Position numbers and translations under genes: made by a program. DNA of 64,000 nucleotides from Eledone cirrhosa. Lineage: Eukaryota. The stretch is from contig OZ024747.1 of assembly GCA_964016885.1 (NCBI GenBank), positions 1,860,001 through 1,924,000 on the forward strand. Direction: 5' to 3'. Below are positions 51,795 through 64,000 of this stretch, piece by piece. Each line of letters begins with the position of its first letter. The stretch's first letter is position 1. Below the pieces are notes generated by a model, which saw nothing but the letters and a program-made list of their open reading frames with translations, was not told where the DNA came from and ran no database searches.

Positions 51795-53234
51795 CTTTAT
51801 ACTAAAATCTAAAAATTCCCTTAATCTACGGACAAATTTATTCAGTTGCTGCAAACATAGATTAAACTCAACGTTTAAATATAAATTTAAATTTAAAATG
51901 TAGTATATTTAGTTTGATTTATAATTATATGGGAAACTAGCCGATAAATCTTTCGATTTCTTCTTTTTATTCTTTTTATTTTTTATTTAAACATTCTTCA
52001 TGAAAAATTAAGCTACCCTAAAAGTTGATGCTCCAAATATTTCGAATAAACGTTACACTAGTTAAACTTCTATATTAAATATAAGAAACATGTAGACCAA
52101 ATGGGCATCCTAAACTTTTTGAAATGATCTTTGCTAGATGCGATTTGATAAATAATTTTTGGCTTTATCTGTTTTTCAGCTCTGATGCTTATAATGAACT
52201 TGGCAATATATTGTCAATTAATTTTGAAGGGTTGATCTTTGTGGTTTATTTTTATTATTGTAGTATTTTCTAATATTTTTATTTTTAATATTTTTAATAT
52301 GTAATATTTTTAATATGTAATATTCTTTCGTAATATTTTTTAGTTTTCTATTTTATTATTACTTATTATTATTATTGTTATTTTTTGGTTTTGTTTCTGA
52401 TATATATTTTTATTAGTATATTGAAATCTGCTCTCTATTTCTGCTTGATAGATAATCTTGTAGAGTAAAGACAGGAATAGTAGTAATATTGACTCTATAT
52501 ATATTTGTGTGTATATATATACACATATATGTATACTTAAATTTTTATAACACAATGAGAATGTTTTCCGTGAACCTAGGGTTTGCAGAGTTGATCATGT
52601 AAATTCACATAGATGTTTGTAGTTATCACATAAACATATGAATTTAAAAAAAAAAAATAAACATAAGATCATTACTTTTCACACATTATGGATACATGTC
52701 TCATTCAGGAATACTGATATTTACAATATAGTGGCTGGTTTTTATACATACTAATACCTCTACATTAAAACATAGGGTTTTATGCCTCGCCTATGTCTGG
52801 TTATTTTTAATTTTTCTCTCTATATAACAGCTGGTTTCTCTCCTAACCACATATATCTCCCTTACATTAATACTAGAGCTAAATAAATAAATAAATAAAT
52901 AAATGTATCATTGATACGTTTTACTCAACGGACGTCCCACTACCTAGTTTTCTATATATATATATCTATCTCTATTTCCTCTCTCTCTATATATATATAT
53001 ATCTCTCTGTTTCTTTACATGAAGTTCTCTTTATCTATCTTTCCATCTCTCTATTTTGTTCCATGCATTTCTTCTTTTTTTTCTTCTTTTTCTTCGTTTT
53101 CTGTCTTTCTTTCCTTTTTTCTCTCTTTCTTTCTCTCTGTGTACAATTTTTTCACTGCCAATTCAACTTTTCAAATACAAGTCGATGTTGTTACGGTATG
53201 TCAAATCTATTTATCTATAAAACTGTTTATATTG

Positions 53235-53300
53235 TATTTTGTCTGAGGAAGGCATAGCATATTGTTAATATGATATCCCTGAAATATATATAATGAAATA
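53235..53300 (+). ncRNA. Type I hammerhead ribozyme motif (family H2)
   Basis: TATTTTGT-CTGAGGA-AGG CATAG CATATT GTT AATATG ATATC CCT-GAAA-TATATA-TA-ATGAAATA; AUA triplet. Confidence 0.72.
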
Positions 53301-53347
53301 AATATGGTTTTATAAATATAGTTTCCATTTATTTAATACTGTATACA

Positions 53348-53401
<54 letters not shown>

Positions 53402-53530
53402 CATATATATCTATATATACATATATATATATATATACATATATATCTATATATACATATATATATATATATACATATATATGTATATATACATATATAT
53501 CTATATATACAATATATATATATATACATA

Positions 53531-53562
<32 letters not shown>

Positions 53563-53593
53563 CATATATATATACATATATATGTATATATAC

Positions 53594-53658
<65 letters not shown>

Positions 53659-53939
53659 CATATATATGTATATATACATATATATGTATATATACATATA
53701 TATGTATATATACATATATATGTATATATACATCTTCAAAATGCTTTTAATTAAGCATAAAGTGTATTGCAAAATAGATTATATATACATTCATATATAT
53801 ATTGCTATTTCAGAGCTCCAATTCTAATACATATATATGTATATATACATATATATGTATATATACATATATATGTATATATACATATATATGTATATAT
53901 ACATATATATGTATATATACATATATATGTATATACATA

Positions 53940-53971
<32 letters not shown>

Positions 53972-54004
53972 AATATATATATATATAAATATATATATAT
54001 ATAA

Positions 54005-54037
<33 letters not shown>

Positions 54038-54465
54038 CATATATATGGATATTATATGTTTGTGTGTGTGTCTGCAAGTGTGGGAAATGGACGTTAAACA
54101 ATCATGATGAAGATGTTGTTGTTGATGATAGATATATAAAAATATATATATGTATATATATATATATATCATCATCATCATCATCATCATCACCACCTTC
54201 ATCATGATCCTTTATCATCCATTTTCCACACTTGCAGATATGAGTAAACTTATCTTATATAGATATGATTCCTACACAACAAGATCTGTTTCATTCATTC
54301 AAAATCATTGGAAAAATTTCATAAGAATAAAACAGTTGTATCCTTGTAGAAGTGGTTCCTATATGAAATAAACATCCCTGTACTCTACTAACATATTGAG
54401 TACATTTTTAACTATGGTTACTTTCCAATACCCATTGGGAATCCTCCCATAATTAGGGTAGTAAT

Positions 54466-55082
54466 ACCATTGATAACAGTAATAATTGTAATAAAAACCA
54501 GTAATAACAGCAATAAAACCAGTTATAACTGTAATAAAACTATTGATAACAGTAATAACAGTAATAAAACTGTTGATAACTGTAATAACAGTAATAAAAC
54601 TATTGATAACTGTAATAACACCAGTAATAACAGCAATAAAACCATAGATAACAGTAATAACAGCAATAAAACCATAGATAACAGTAATAACAGCAATAAA
54701 ACCATAGATAACAGTAATAACAGCAATAAAACCATTGATAACTGTAATAACACCATTGATAACTGTAATAACAGTAATAAAACCATTGATAACTGTAATA
54801 ACACCATTGATAACTGTAATAACACCATTGATAACTGTAATAACACCATTAATAACAATCATAATACCATAGATAACAGTAATAACAGTAATAAAACCAT
54901 TGATAACAGTAATAACAAAATTGATAACAGTAATAAAACCATTGATAACAGTAATAAAACTATTAATAACTGTAATAACACCATTGATAACAGTAATAAC
55001 AGTAATAACACCATTGATAACAGTAATAACACCATTGATAACAGTAATAACAGTAATAACACCATTGATAACAGTAATAGTA
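54466..55082. repeat. Compound minisatellite of CCATTGATAAC(A/T)GTAATAA-type units
   Basis: Direct inspection. Confidence 0.9.
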
Positions 55083-56301
55083 AAATTCTCTCCGATAGTT
55101 AATGAACTAAGTATTTTATGGAGTGGAGTAATAATTTAGAGGTTGTCATGTTATGACACAAATGAAGGGTCCTCTCAGCCTTTGGCAAGTTTTCTATGAC
55201 TGGATACCCTTCATATCTCCAGATTCTCTATAGTGTGTAATTGGTGTGATTTGTCATGACACCAACACTAAGGGGGTTAGTGTACCCTTACCCAACTGAA
55301 GGGTCCTCTCAGCCCTTTGTTTGGTAAGTTTTCTATGGCTGGAAACTCTTCCTAATACAAACCACTTTACAAGGTGTACTGGGTGTATTTTAGGAGACAC
55401 CAACACTAGAGAGGTGGTGGATCATTGACTCAACTGAAAATCCCTTTCTACCTTATGGGGTGTGGAGGAAATTCTGTCTCGAGTGAGACACGTTTAGAGG
55501 AGAGGGAGCAGAAATAAGCCAAATGATAAGTATAATATCAAATGTGAGTGACAATATGATGGGAAAGGAGGAGGATAAGTATGATGTCATAAATGTATGA
55601 CAAGTGTGGTGGGATTTGACAGGTTGCAGAAAGTAGATGCAACATGATGAGGAATCAATATCCTAATAACACGGCAAATTCTGCAGAGGAAGAAATAAGC
55701 TCCTTATGAAATGTATTTATTACACTACTAAAATCTTAAAGGAACGATTATTACAATTTTTCACATCTCTCTTCTAGAACATTGGATGCCTGTGACTAAT
55801 AAAAAAACATACAAAAAACAAAAATAAAAAGCAATATAAAACAAAACGATTTAGAAGTGGTGTGAACATAGCTTTTCCAACCTGATTATCTTAGGAAAAA
55901 ATTCACAATTCTTTTCTCCCTAAAAAAAAGAAATAATAATAATAAGTGAAGGGAAGAGAGAGCATGCATGGGTATAAGGACAAACTGTGAATAATAAGCA
56001 ATGAGGATAGAGAAGTGATAAATACTAAGATTATCAAGAAAGATTTACCAGCATTTTTCAAAGCCGCTTGAAGACATAAAAAAAGTTGTATATGATAATG
56101 ATATTTTTGTTGCTTTTCTGAGTCTAATGTTTAAGTGATGTTATGGATAGACTGAAAAGAAGTTTTGTAGAGAGAGGAGCTCTGTGAAAGCTAAGCTTAT
56201 CAAAAGGATCAACGTTACTCATTTATATAACAATACACTATGGTGTGTTCTTTGAAATGGTGAGAAATATTTACTGCTGCAGCAAAACATGGCAAAGTCA
56301 T

Positions 56302-56343
<42 letters not shown>

Positions 56344-57042
56344 GATAACAAAATATCGTTATACTCTATCAGTGAAGCAATTGTTAGACTGCAAATAAAT
56401 CCCCTTTTTTGTACTGTTGACCATGTTATTCTCCACTTTTTCAATTTTATATATATTTTCAATTTTATATATATTTTCAATTTTATATATATTTTCAATT
56501 TTATATATATTTTCATATATTTAGCCAAACTGCAATTCTGTGTTTCTCTCTTTCTCTCTTACTGCTCCATCGTTCTCTCTGTTTCTCTTACTTTCTTTTG
56601 TCCCCTCTGCCATGTCAGTTAACTCTTTCTCTCTACTGACCTCTTCCTCGCACTCCCACTCACTCAGTCCCTGTTTCTCCCTTCTTTCTTCCTCCCGTTC
56701 GCTGGGAAAACGGTTTTCATTCTTTCTAACACCGGATTCACTAGCGAAAGGTCTGTTTCTGACTCGCTCATATATTCACACAGCTTATGCTGAAAGAATA
56801 ACTACGTTGCTTGTGTTTATTTCCATCTTCGGTTAGCTTCCCCCTGTGTTGTTTACTTGTCTCACTCGCTTTACGCGTTTCTATTGTCCTAATAACTTAT
56901 TTTAGTTATTATCGCTCCAACGTGAGGTATATGATTTTTAATGCGATGAAATCCCCATGATCGTTTGGTAAATCACTGATGAGCGACTCATTTTATAACA
57001 TGTTATCCATGTGCAACCAGCAGTATTCTTCTCACCCATATT

Positions 57043-57090
<48 letters not shown>

Positions 57091-57410
57091 TATATATATA
57101 TATTTATATATATATAGATGTGTGGGTGTGTGTGTACATATATATGTGTGTAAATATATATTTGTGTATATATGTATATATGTGTGTGTGTGTGTGTAAA
57201 TATATAATTATGTATATATGTATATATATGTATGTGTGTATATATATATATATATGTATACTGGGGTTGATTCTTCCTCTCTCTGGAAGAAATCTGCTGT
57301 ACTCAGGCCTCAGAGGAATATCAATGTGCCCCTATGACTTTATCAGGAGTTATGGGACCATATATATACAATATATTAATAAATGGAAACTATATTTATA
57401 AAACCATAAT

Positions 57411-57475
57411 TATTTTATTATATATATTTCAAGGGCAACCAAGGCAGTTTTGGTGCACTTTCATCAGATAAAATA
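57411..57475 (-). ncRNA. Type I hammerhead ribozyme motif (family H2)
   Basis: Reverse complement TATTTTAT-CTGATGA-AAGTGCA CCAA AACTGCC TTGG TTGCCCTT-GAAA-TATATA-TA-ATAAAATA; perfect 8-bp stem I; flanks homologous to 53190-53340. Confidence 0.78.
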
Positions 57476-57621
57476 CAAAATTTGTTTTATAAATGTTGAC
57501 ATACCCGTGGAAAAACAACCTTGACGGTTGAAGGTTCGCTGGGTAGACTATCCAGCGAACCTTCAACCCTCAAGGTTGTTTTTCCACGGGTATGTCAACA
57601 TTTATAAAACAAATATTGTAT
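57473..57621. repeat. Near-perfect 149-bp palindrome (74-bp arms, centre 57547)
   Basis: 57473-57546 is the reverse complement of 57548-57621 with three mismatches. Confidence 0.95.
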
Positions 57622-60600
57622 ATTTACTCCAGTAAACTGTTGAGTGCTTTATATCAGTTATAAAACTTTTAAGCTTGTTGAATCCCAACAAATTAAATAT
57701 AACTTCTGCATATATATATATATAAGTGATTTGCAGAGGTTGACTGAGGAGATAGGACTGTCTGTCTTTCCCATTGTCTTTGTCCTGTGTGCACCCCCAA
57801 CTATTTTGTGTGTATATATATATATATATATATGGCTCTCTCACATTGTCTGTACATAAATAAGATTTTTGAAATAATCAATTATGTGTTCAATGATATA
57901 TAGATCTTTATTCAAGATATATCTACTCAGATATATTAGCTGCTTCTCCTAAAATATCTATTTTTTTTAATAAGAAGCTAAAATATAATGATATCCAAAT
58001 TTTCTCATTTCTCCTCCTCACATAATTCATAATGTCATCTCATTTGACACATCCTTCCCTTTCCTTTCTTTTTTTTTACATCTTTTCTATCTTTCATTTA
58101 TTCATTTGCTTCTTTATTAGGTTATGAATTGTACCTAACTTACAGGATGTCCTGGTAACCATTTCAGAACTTGGAACATTAATTCAGACGTTTTCCATTT
58201 TGCCTTCTTTCCTGTAACATTTCAGTTTTTATCGCCATTTTCCTTTTCCTATCAGTTTCCTTCCTCCCTCTTTGTCTATCTCCTCTCTCTCGTTAGAGAA
58301 TTCAGAGAAAAAACATCTTAGCTGAAGTTTTCCATTGATTTAACATTTTGTAAAGCTACAATATGTTATGATTTCTTCAGACTTAAAAAATAAAATAGTT
58401 TCTAGCTTATGGTATGAAATAGTGTATAAGTCTATTGCTTGTGGAGAACAGCAGAGATAGAAATAATGAAAGAGAGAGAGAGAGAGAATGTGGTGGACTA
58501 TTTGAGGTGTTAATGTTCTTTGTAGTTTGGCCTTTCCAGTAATTGTTCTTCATACAAATGTTGCACATTTAAATAGTGAACCAGATTTTGTTAGTTTTGA
58601 GAAAGAGAAAAATACATGAAGATATATTCGTTTGTGCATAATATTGAGGAATATTTAAGCTAAAAAGAGCAAGCACATTTGTTGTTCTAGATATCGGACA
58701 CACTGTTTCCTTAAAGCAAACCATTTATTCAGTATTTTATTTGACTGATTTTTTAATATGGATATTACATGCGTTATAGTGACATGAAATGGCACCCACT
58801 TGGGGGAGGTTTTTTACCTTGTAGTGGGCAGATAATGGCGAGAGCCTGAAACAGTTAATTGGAAGTGATTACAAGAACTGAAATAGTAGTTATGGTGAAA
58901 GTAAAACTTCACAAAAAATATTATTAATAATTGAAAAGTATATTGTTGTTTATCCTGAGGCCAACTTTGACCAAGAAGATTCATCATTAAAAACATTCCA
59001 GTTATGAATAGCAAAAGCTTATTTAAGATTATCTAGGACTACATTATTTAATGTGTCCTTTTCCTCTTTAGGGTGTGATTTGAGGGAGGTTTCATTATTT
59101 CTAACAGATCAAGGGACTACATAGAAGCTCTCATATTTAGTATAATTCTTCTATAGAGCTATGATGCACTTGTTGTAGTCAATGAAATCTTTAAGATGAC
59201 CCACTGATTGAACCAACGAAGGTTCTTGTATATGGTCACTTTATCTGCTAGAAATGACAGCCAGATGTCCTTTAAATTACACCCTAATGTCTTAAAAAGG
59301 GTGAAACTGATAGGAGTCCAAGATACATAATACTCAAGAGGACTAGATGAGCATGGCTTGAACACTTTTGATCATGTCTACTCAGTCAGAAATAACCTGG
59401 GGCTAAACAACAACAACATAAGCAATGAACAAAACTGGGGCTAAACAGCAACATATGCAATGGTCTAAAGAATCATGATTATCCATTCTACAATCCTTCG
59501 GTTTAATGAGACAGTCAAAAGAAAATGTATTTATTCTATCTTCTATTTTTGGAGGATTAAGTCATGGCTCCTGCAATCTTTCAAAGTGAATCGGATTGGA
59601 ATAGAAGTAGAAAGGATATATTTGATGTTGAGAATTACATTTGACTCAACATCTTCAACTGTATGTAAGAATAGGTTTGTTGGCGAGACAAGAATAAGTA
59701 TTGGTATTTAAATAATGTAGTATGATCATTTCTGAAGGCAAAACATACAAATTTATGTCACAAGAACTTTATATACCTCTGTGCCATCCGATTATTATGC
59801 AGATTAGCTTCATATATAAACTAAAACATAGAAAACTATTAAATTCAAGATATAACATCATTACTATATAATACTAAATGGAGTCGTGTAGGAGATATAT
59901 AAATACTTCTGAATATATTCACACTTACATGTAAACCGTATATTTCACATATACTGTCTATATACTCGTGTATAAGTCATACAAGTATATATATTGCACC
60001 TCTATTTGATACACAACATTTACACTCTACCATATATTTGGAATCCAGGTTTTGTATGACCTGTAGATAAGTCACCTGAGCTCATATGTTGTATTAATTT
60101 ACAAGTAATTTATATATTTTACATATTAACCTATATATAAACAACTCTGCAATCACATGAAGGATATGACAACCTTTCTTGCGTTGGCATGACAATAAAA
60201 TGTACTTAGTCCATTCTGTAATGTGGTCACAGTCATAATGAGTGTATTGAACAAGATGTGGCCCCAAACCTATCTAGGAAGACACTAGCTCTGATTAAGT
60301 ATTGATTAAATTTATAAAAACCTATTCAACACTGAAAAACAAACACAAGATGATGATGATCATGATGACAATATTTATAAACTTACATATGGATTATATA
60401 TTTCACATTCATATTAATTTGTACGTAAATTTAGAAGATGATGATGATGGAAATGTTTGAGATGTAGGATTGAGTATTTGTGGATTTGAGTAATAGTACT
60501 GAGTCTTCCCTAAAACCCTTTTAGTAGGAAAGTTTCAAGTATCAGATTGTATGATGGTGAAGGTTGTATAATTCCTAGCTTAAGCAGGTGTTCAAACATG

Positions 60601-61184
60601 TTTTTTCCACTACGACTAACTTCAGTGAAACAAATTGTCATAGATGGGAAAAAAATTACAAGTTTATTTGAGCTAGGATTGTTTGGTAAACAAGGTTTAT
60701 GTATAAAACATATGTTAATAGATATCTGGTACTGGAATTGATGCTGGGAAAAAAGACATCATGATAGGTTTGTATATTTTTAATAGTTTCTGGTACGATG
60801 AAGAGTTTGACTTCATCAGAATTACTAGAAGTGAAGCTGATTGAAGCAATATGATGAATCAATAAACTAATAATTTAGTCACAACCAGGACATTTCCTCC
60901 TCCTTATCACCTGAACTCATTCAAGCCTAAAGTTTATTCCATTCATCTTACTTTCTCCTTCTTCATACCCCCCCACTAAATAGCTTCACACCTTGTTTGG
61001 GACTTTCTAATGAAATAAAACAAAAAAATAGATGATAGAAAGGTTGAAAAGCATCAAGAAATTAATTTTGTTTAGAGCAGAGGACACACCTGTGATAAGC
61101 AGTCATAGAAATGTCAGTGCCATTGTCAAAGTTGTTTATATCCAGGTCAACCTCTGTGGTGCCATATATACATGTGACTATGTG

Positions 61185-61580
61185 TAGTTGATTGGCAGTA
61201 TTGGTAGAACATCAAGCATCATTCTTTACAACATATAGTTATGTCCTTTTATGTTCTGAGTTCAAATCCTGCCATGGTTAGCTTTGTCTTTTATCCTTAT
61301 GGGGCCAAGAATATAAAGTACCCGTAATGCACTGGGGTTGATTTAATAGACTTTCCCCTCCCCCCAGACTGTTGGGAACTATTATTTAATGCGGTGGATT
61401 GGCAGTATCGGTAGAGGGTCTGATGCCATGCTTTGACGCATAGAGTTACGGCCCTTGCCATTCTGAGTTCAAATCCCGCCGAGGTTGACTTTGCCTTTCA
61501 TCCTTACGAGGTCGATAAAATAAAGTACCAGTAATGCACTGGGTAATTGCTGGCCTTGTGTCAAAAGTAGAAATAATTAT
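61185..61580 (+). mobile_element. Two tandem family-A SINEs (61185-61380 diverged; 61392-61575 intact with 11-bp TSD)
   Basis: Two A/B box sets; ATTATTTAATG at 61381-61391 and 61576-61586 flanks the second copy. Confidence 0.88.
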
Positions 61581-62559
61581 TTAATGGTTATTCCTTGGTT
61601 CTGTGCTGAGTATTGGGTAACTAGCTTTTAGTAAGAGATGATAGCTCATCTGATAAGCTGGCTGGCTTGAACTTAATAGGCTGTCTCTGACACACACTTG
61701 ATAAGACTATAACCACTGGTTCATGTATTCAGTTTTTCTTCTTCCTATATGTCTTCACAAATGGACCATGTTCTTATTTGCCAACAAACCCCAAACTGTA
61801 GTAATTAGTAAAGGGTGAGTCTCCCCTTATTTGCTTATGATAGTGAAAGATGTGGAGAGCGAGAGAGATGACTGCAGTGACAACACACACACATCACTTT
61901 CACAAGCAAGACATTGACAACAACATGAACAACAGCAGCGGCAATAACTAGCAAAGCTTTTATTTATTTCATTTTTTTATAACACTGGACAATATATGAG
62001 TGTAAATTTCTAGGAATGTGTGAATAGTGATTTAATATATTTGAACTGGGGGAGGAGACAGTGTCTACGACCTTAACAGTTCTCCTGCACTTGTGAGATA
62101 AGGGCAGCTGATGCCCAGCATAAACGTCTGCAGCTCAATGTATCTCTTGTAACAGAATGAACTCCACAAAGGAGCAGAATGATTTCTGTTGGTGTTACAT
62201 ACTTACTATTAAATTGACTTTAGATATATTTTATTTCAAAGACGGTTCCATTTGTTTTATTCAAAGGGAGGTTAGGGGGTCTTGCTGAATGCTTGAGCAA
62301 GTTCTTTGAAAGACATGTGACTAATGATTATCTAGGGAATGGCAATATATTTATTATAAGAGTTGATGTACAATTCATCAACATTTGAATATTACAAAAA
62401 AAAAAAAAAAAAAAAAAAAATGGAAAAGAAAAGGGAAAAAATTAAATAGTGAAAGACGGGAAAGGCGGAGACTTTACACTATAGTCTAGTTGGTATTTCT
62501 TATTTGTGCCCCACAGGTAAAATGGAAAAGATATTGCCAGAGAATAGTTAGTGATACCA

Positions 62560-62960
62560 ACTGTATCAGTCACCCTATCTCATGGGTCTCTGTCCTCAAG
62601 CAAAATATGCTCCTTCCAATTTTGTAGATAAGAAATGGCAGTTGAAGGACCAAGGAAACTAGAGGTCTCAATAGTGACAGGTACAAATAAGAAGTAGTCT
62701 GTCAAGTTCTGATATAGAGCTATCTTCCTCCCCTCTAGATTACAGGTGGCATTACATGACTTGGATGTCGAGAATGTGTCACAGCACATGTCATCACAGA
62801 TCAGAGATATATCTTCCTCAAATAGGAAAAGAGTTATCCTCCCATCTAGGGACTTACCATCACAATGAGGTAGGCAGCTCCAGTTATGATGAAAAACTGG
62901 CCATGTTAAGGATTCTTCTCATGATGCCATTCAAGGTAAGGTCACCTCCCTACTCACCAC
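62560..62960 (-). pseudogene. Decayed C-terminal fragment of an RLE-type (CRE-like) non-LTR retrotransposon
   Basis: CCDTF...EGRKIALYQNLTDYFLFVPVTIETSSFLGP and upstream LNGIMRRIL resemble the restriction-like endonuclease region (LNDIIxRAL...TCxDT...ExxKxxKY...FVPxAxETxGxxGP). Confidence 0.65.
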
Positions 62961-63399
62961 CATTGGCACAGAGTTGGCTACCCACAGGTGTGATCCTTGT
63001 GAGCTGGAATGGCTCTTCCAATGCGTCTCCCTCACCATCCTCTGGGAAAACAACTCTATTCTACCCACCAGGGCTGTGGGGCGACCAGTATATGGGCCCC
63101 CATTTGCTTATAATAGGGAGAGATAGGGAGAGCAAGAGAGACGGAGGCAGTGAAAGGAAGAGAGGGGGGGGGGGCAGGGAGGGAACATCAACACACTTGA
63201 TAAAACAACAATAACTTTTTAACATAGATATTAACTAATTATTCTACATATAACAATATGGCTGTCACCAATTAAAAGCCATAAATTGTAATAAACGGAA
63301 TACAAAAGAAACATTTAAAATACAATAATTAAATATATAAAAAACAATAGCAATGAAAACAAAAAGAAATGTTTAAGAGTACAAAACAAAAAGTAACTT

Positions 63400-63780
63400 T
63401 ATCTACCACTCTCCCTCTCCCTCCCACTCTCCCACTATATCTCCCACTCTCTCTCTCCTTCTCCCACCCTCTATCTCCAACTATCTCCCACTCTATCTCC
63501 ACCCTCTACCTCTCACACTATCCCCCATCTATATCTCCCACTCTTCTATTCTCTCTCTTATTCTCTCTAACTTCCATGCTTTCTCAATCTCTCATACTCT
63601 CTCTATTTCTCATTTACTCTCTCTTCCATTTTCTCTCTCTCTCTACTCTTTCCTCCATTTCTCTCTCTCTCTACCCCTTCCTTCCTTCTCCACTTGTCCT
63701 TTCTTTCCCTTCTGCCCCCCCCCCCCTCCCCGCGTTCTCTCTCTCACCCATACTCCCACTCTCTACCTCCCCCCTACCCC
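63400..63780. repeat. CT-rich low-complexity tract
   Basis: Direct inspection. Confidence 0.85.
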
Positions 63781-64000
63781 AGTGTCAAGGAAACTTCAGA
63801 TAACTAGTAGATATAACATGAACTGCTAATCCGATAATAATCTTAACTCTTAGAAAATGTTTTCTATAAACTTGGAGCAAGTGTCTTATTCTATTAGTTT
63901 GGGCTGACCAATGTCTTGTTGATGGAATTTGACAGACAGACCTTGCAAAATCCCCTTTTACTTATTCTTGGGTCCCAAATAATAAGGGTGGTGGTGAAAT

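Noticed and set aside
54359-55139. Asn-rich and Leu/Val-rich repeat ORFs
   Set aside because: Minisatellite with unit lengths in multiples of 3, open on both strands.
58144-58845. Candidate minus-strand mini-exons (58144-58211, 58818-58845) and plus-strand ones near 10635 and 13557
   Set aside because: AG/GT-bounded short open frames arise by chance; no recognisable protein or consistent gene model.
60775-60825. Minus-strand CTGATGA...GAAAC, plus similar partial cores at 12185, 35678, 36050-36075 and 56976
   Set aside because: Missing GAAA or non-pairing stems; a hammerhead cannot be supported.

Overview
AT-rich, microsatellite-dense animal genomic DNA with no confidently identifiable host gene. 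The SINE families and the (TA)n/(CAT)n density suggest an octopod cephalopod (inference). Contents: (1) a >=3.8 kb 45-bp satellite that is an amplified 5' head of a tRNA-derived SINE; (2) a full-length two-ORF Tx1/L1-type LINE plus two 5'-truncated relatives, all in one (TATC/TGTC)n tract; (3) four copies of an RTE LINE with a PHD-type finger inside the RT, all sitting in (TA)n; (4) an internally deleted DD37D (maT) transposon, a mariner-type MITE, decayed Penelope-RT and RLE-type LINE remnants, many SINEs and minisatellites. The signal the ORF track does not show is at least nine type I hammerhead ribozyme motifs (six with intact core and stems, three partly decayed) from about six unrelated short non-coding elements, mostly bordered by (TA)n. 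Several have a non-canonical stem II base pair, and two lie downstream of fold-back palindromes, consistent with Penelope-like pLTR/retrozyme-type elements. All calls are from reading the sequence by eye; no database search was run.
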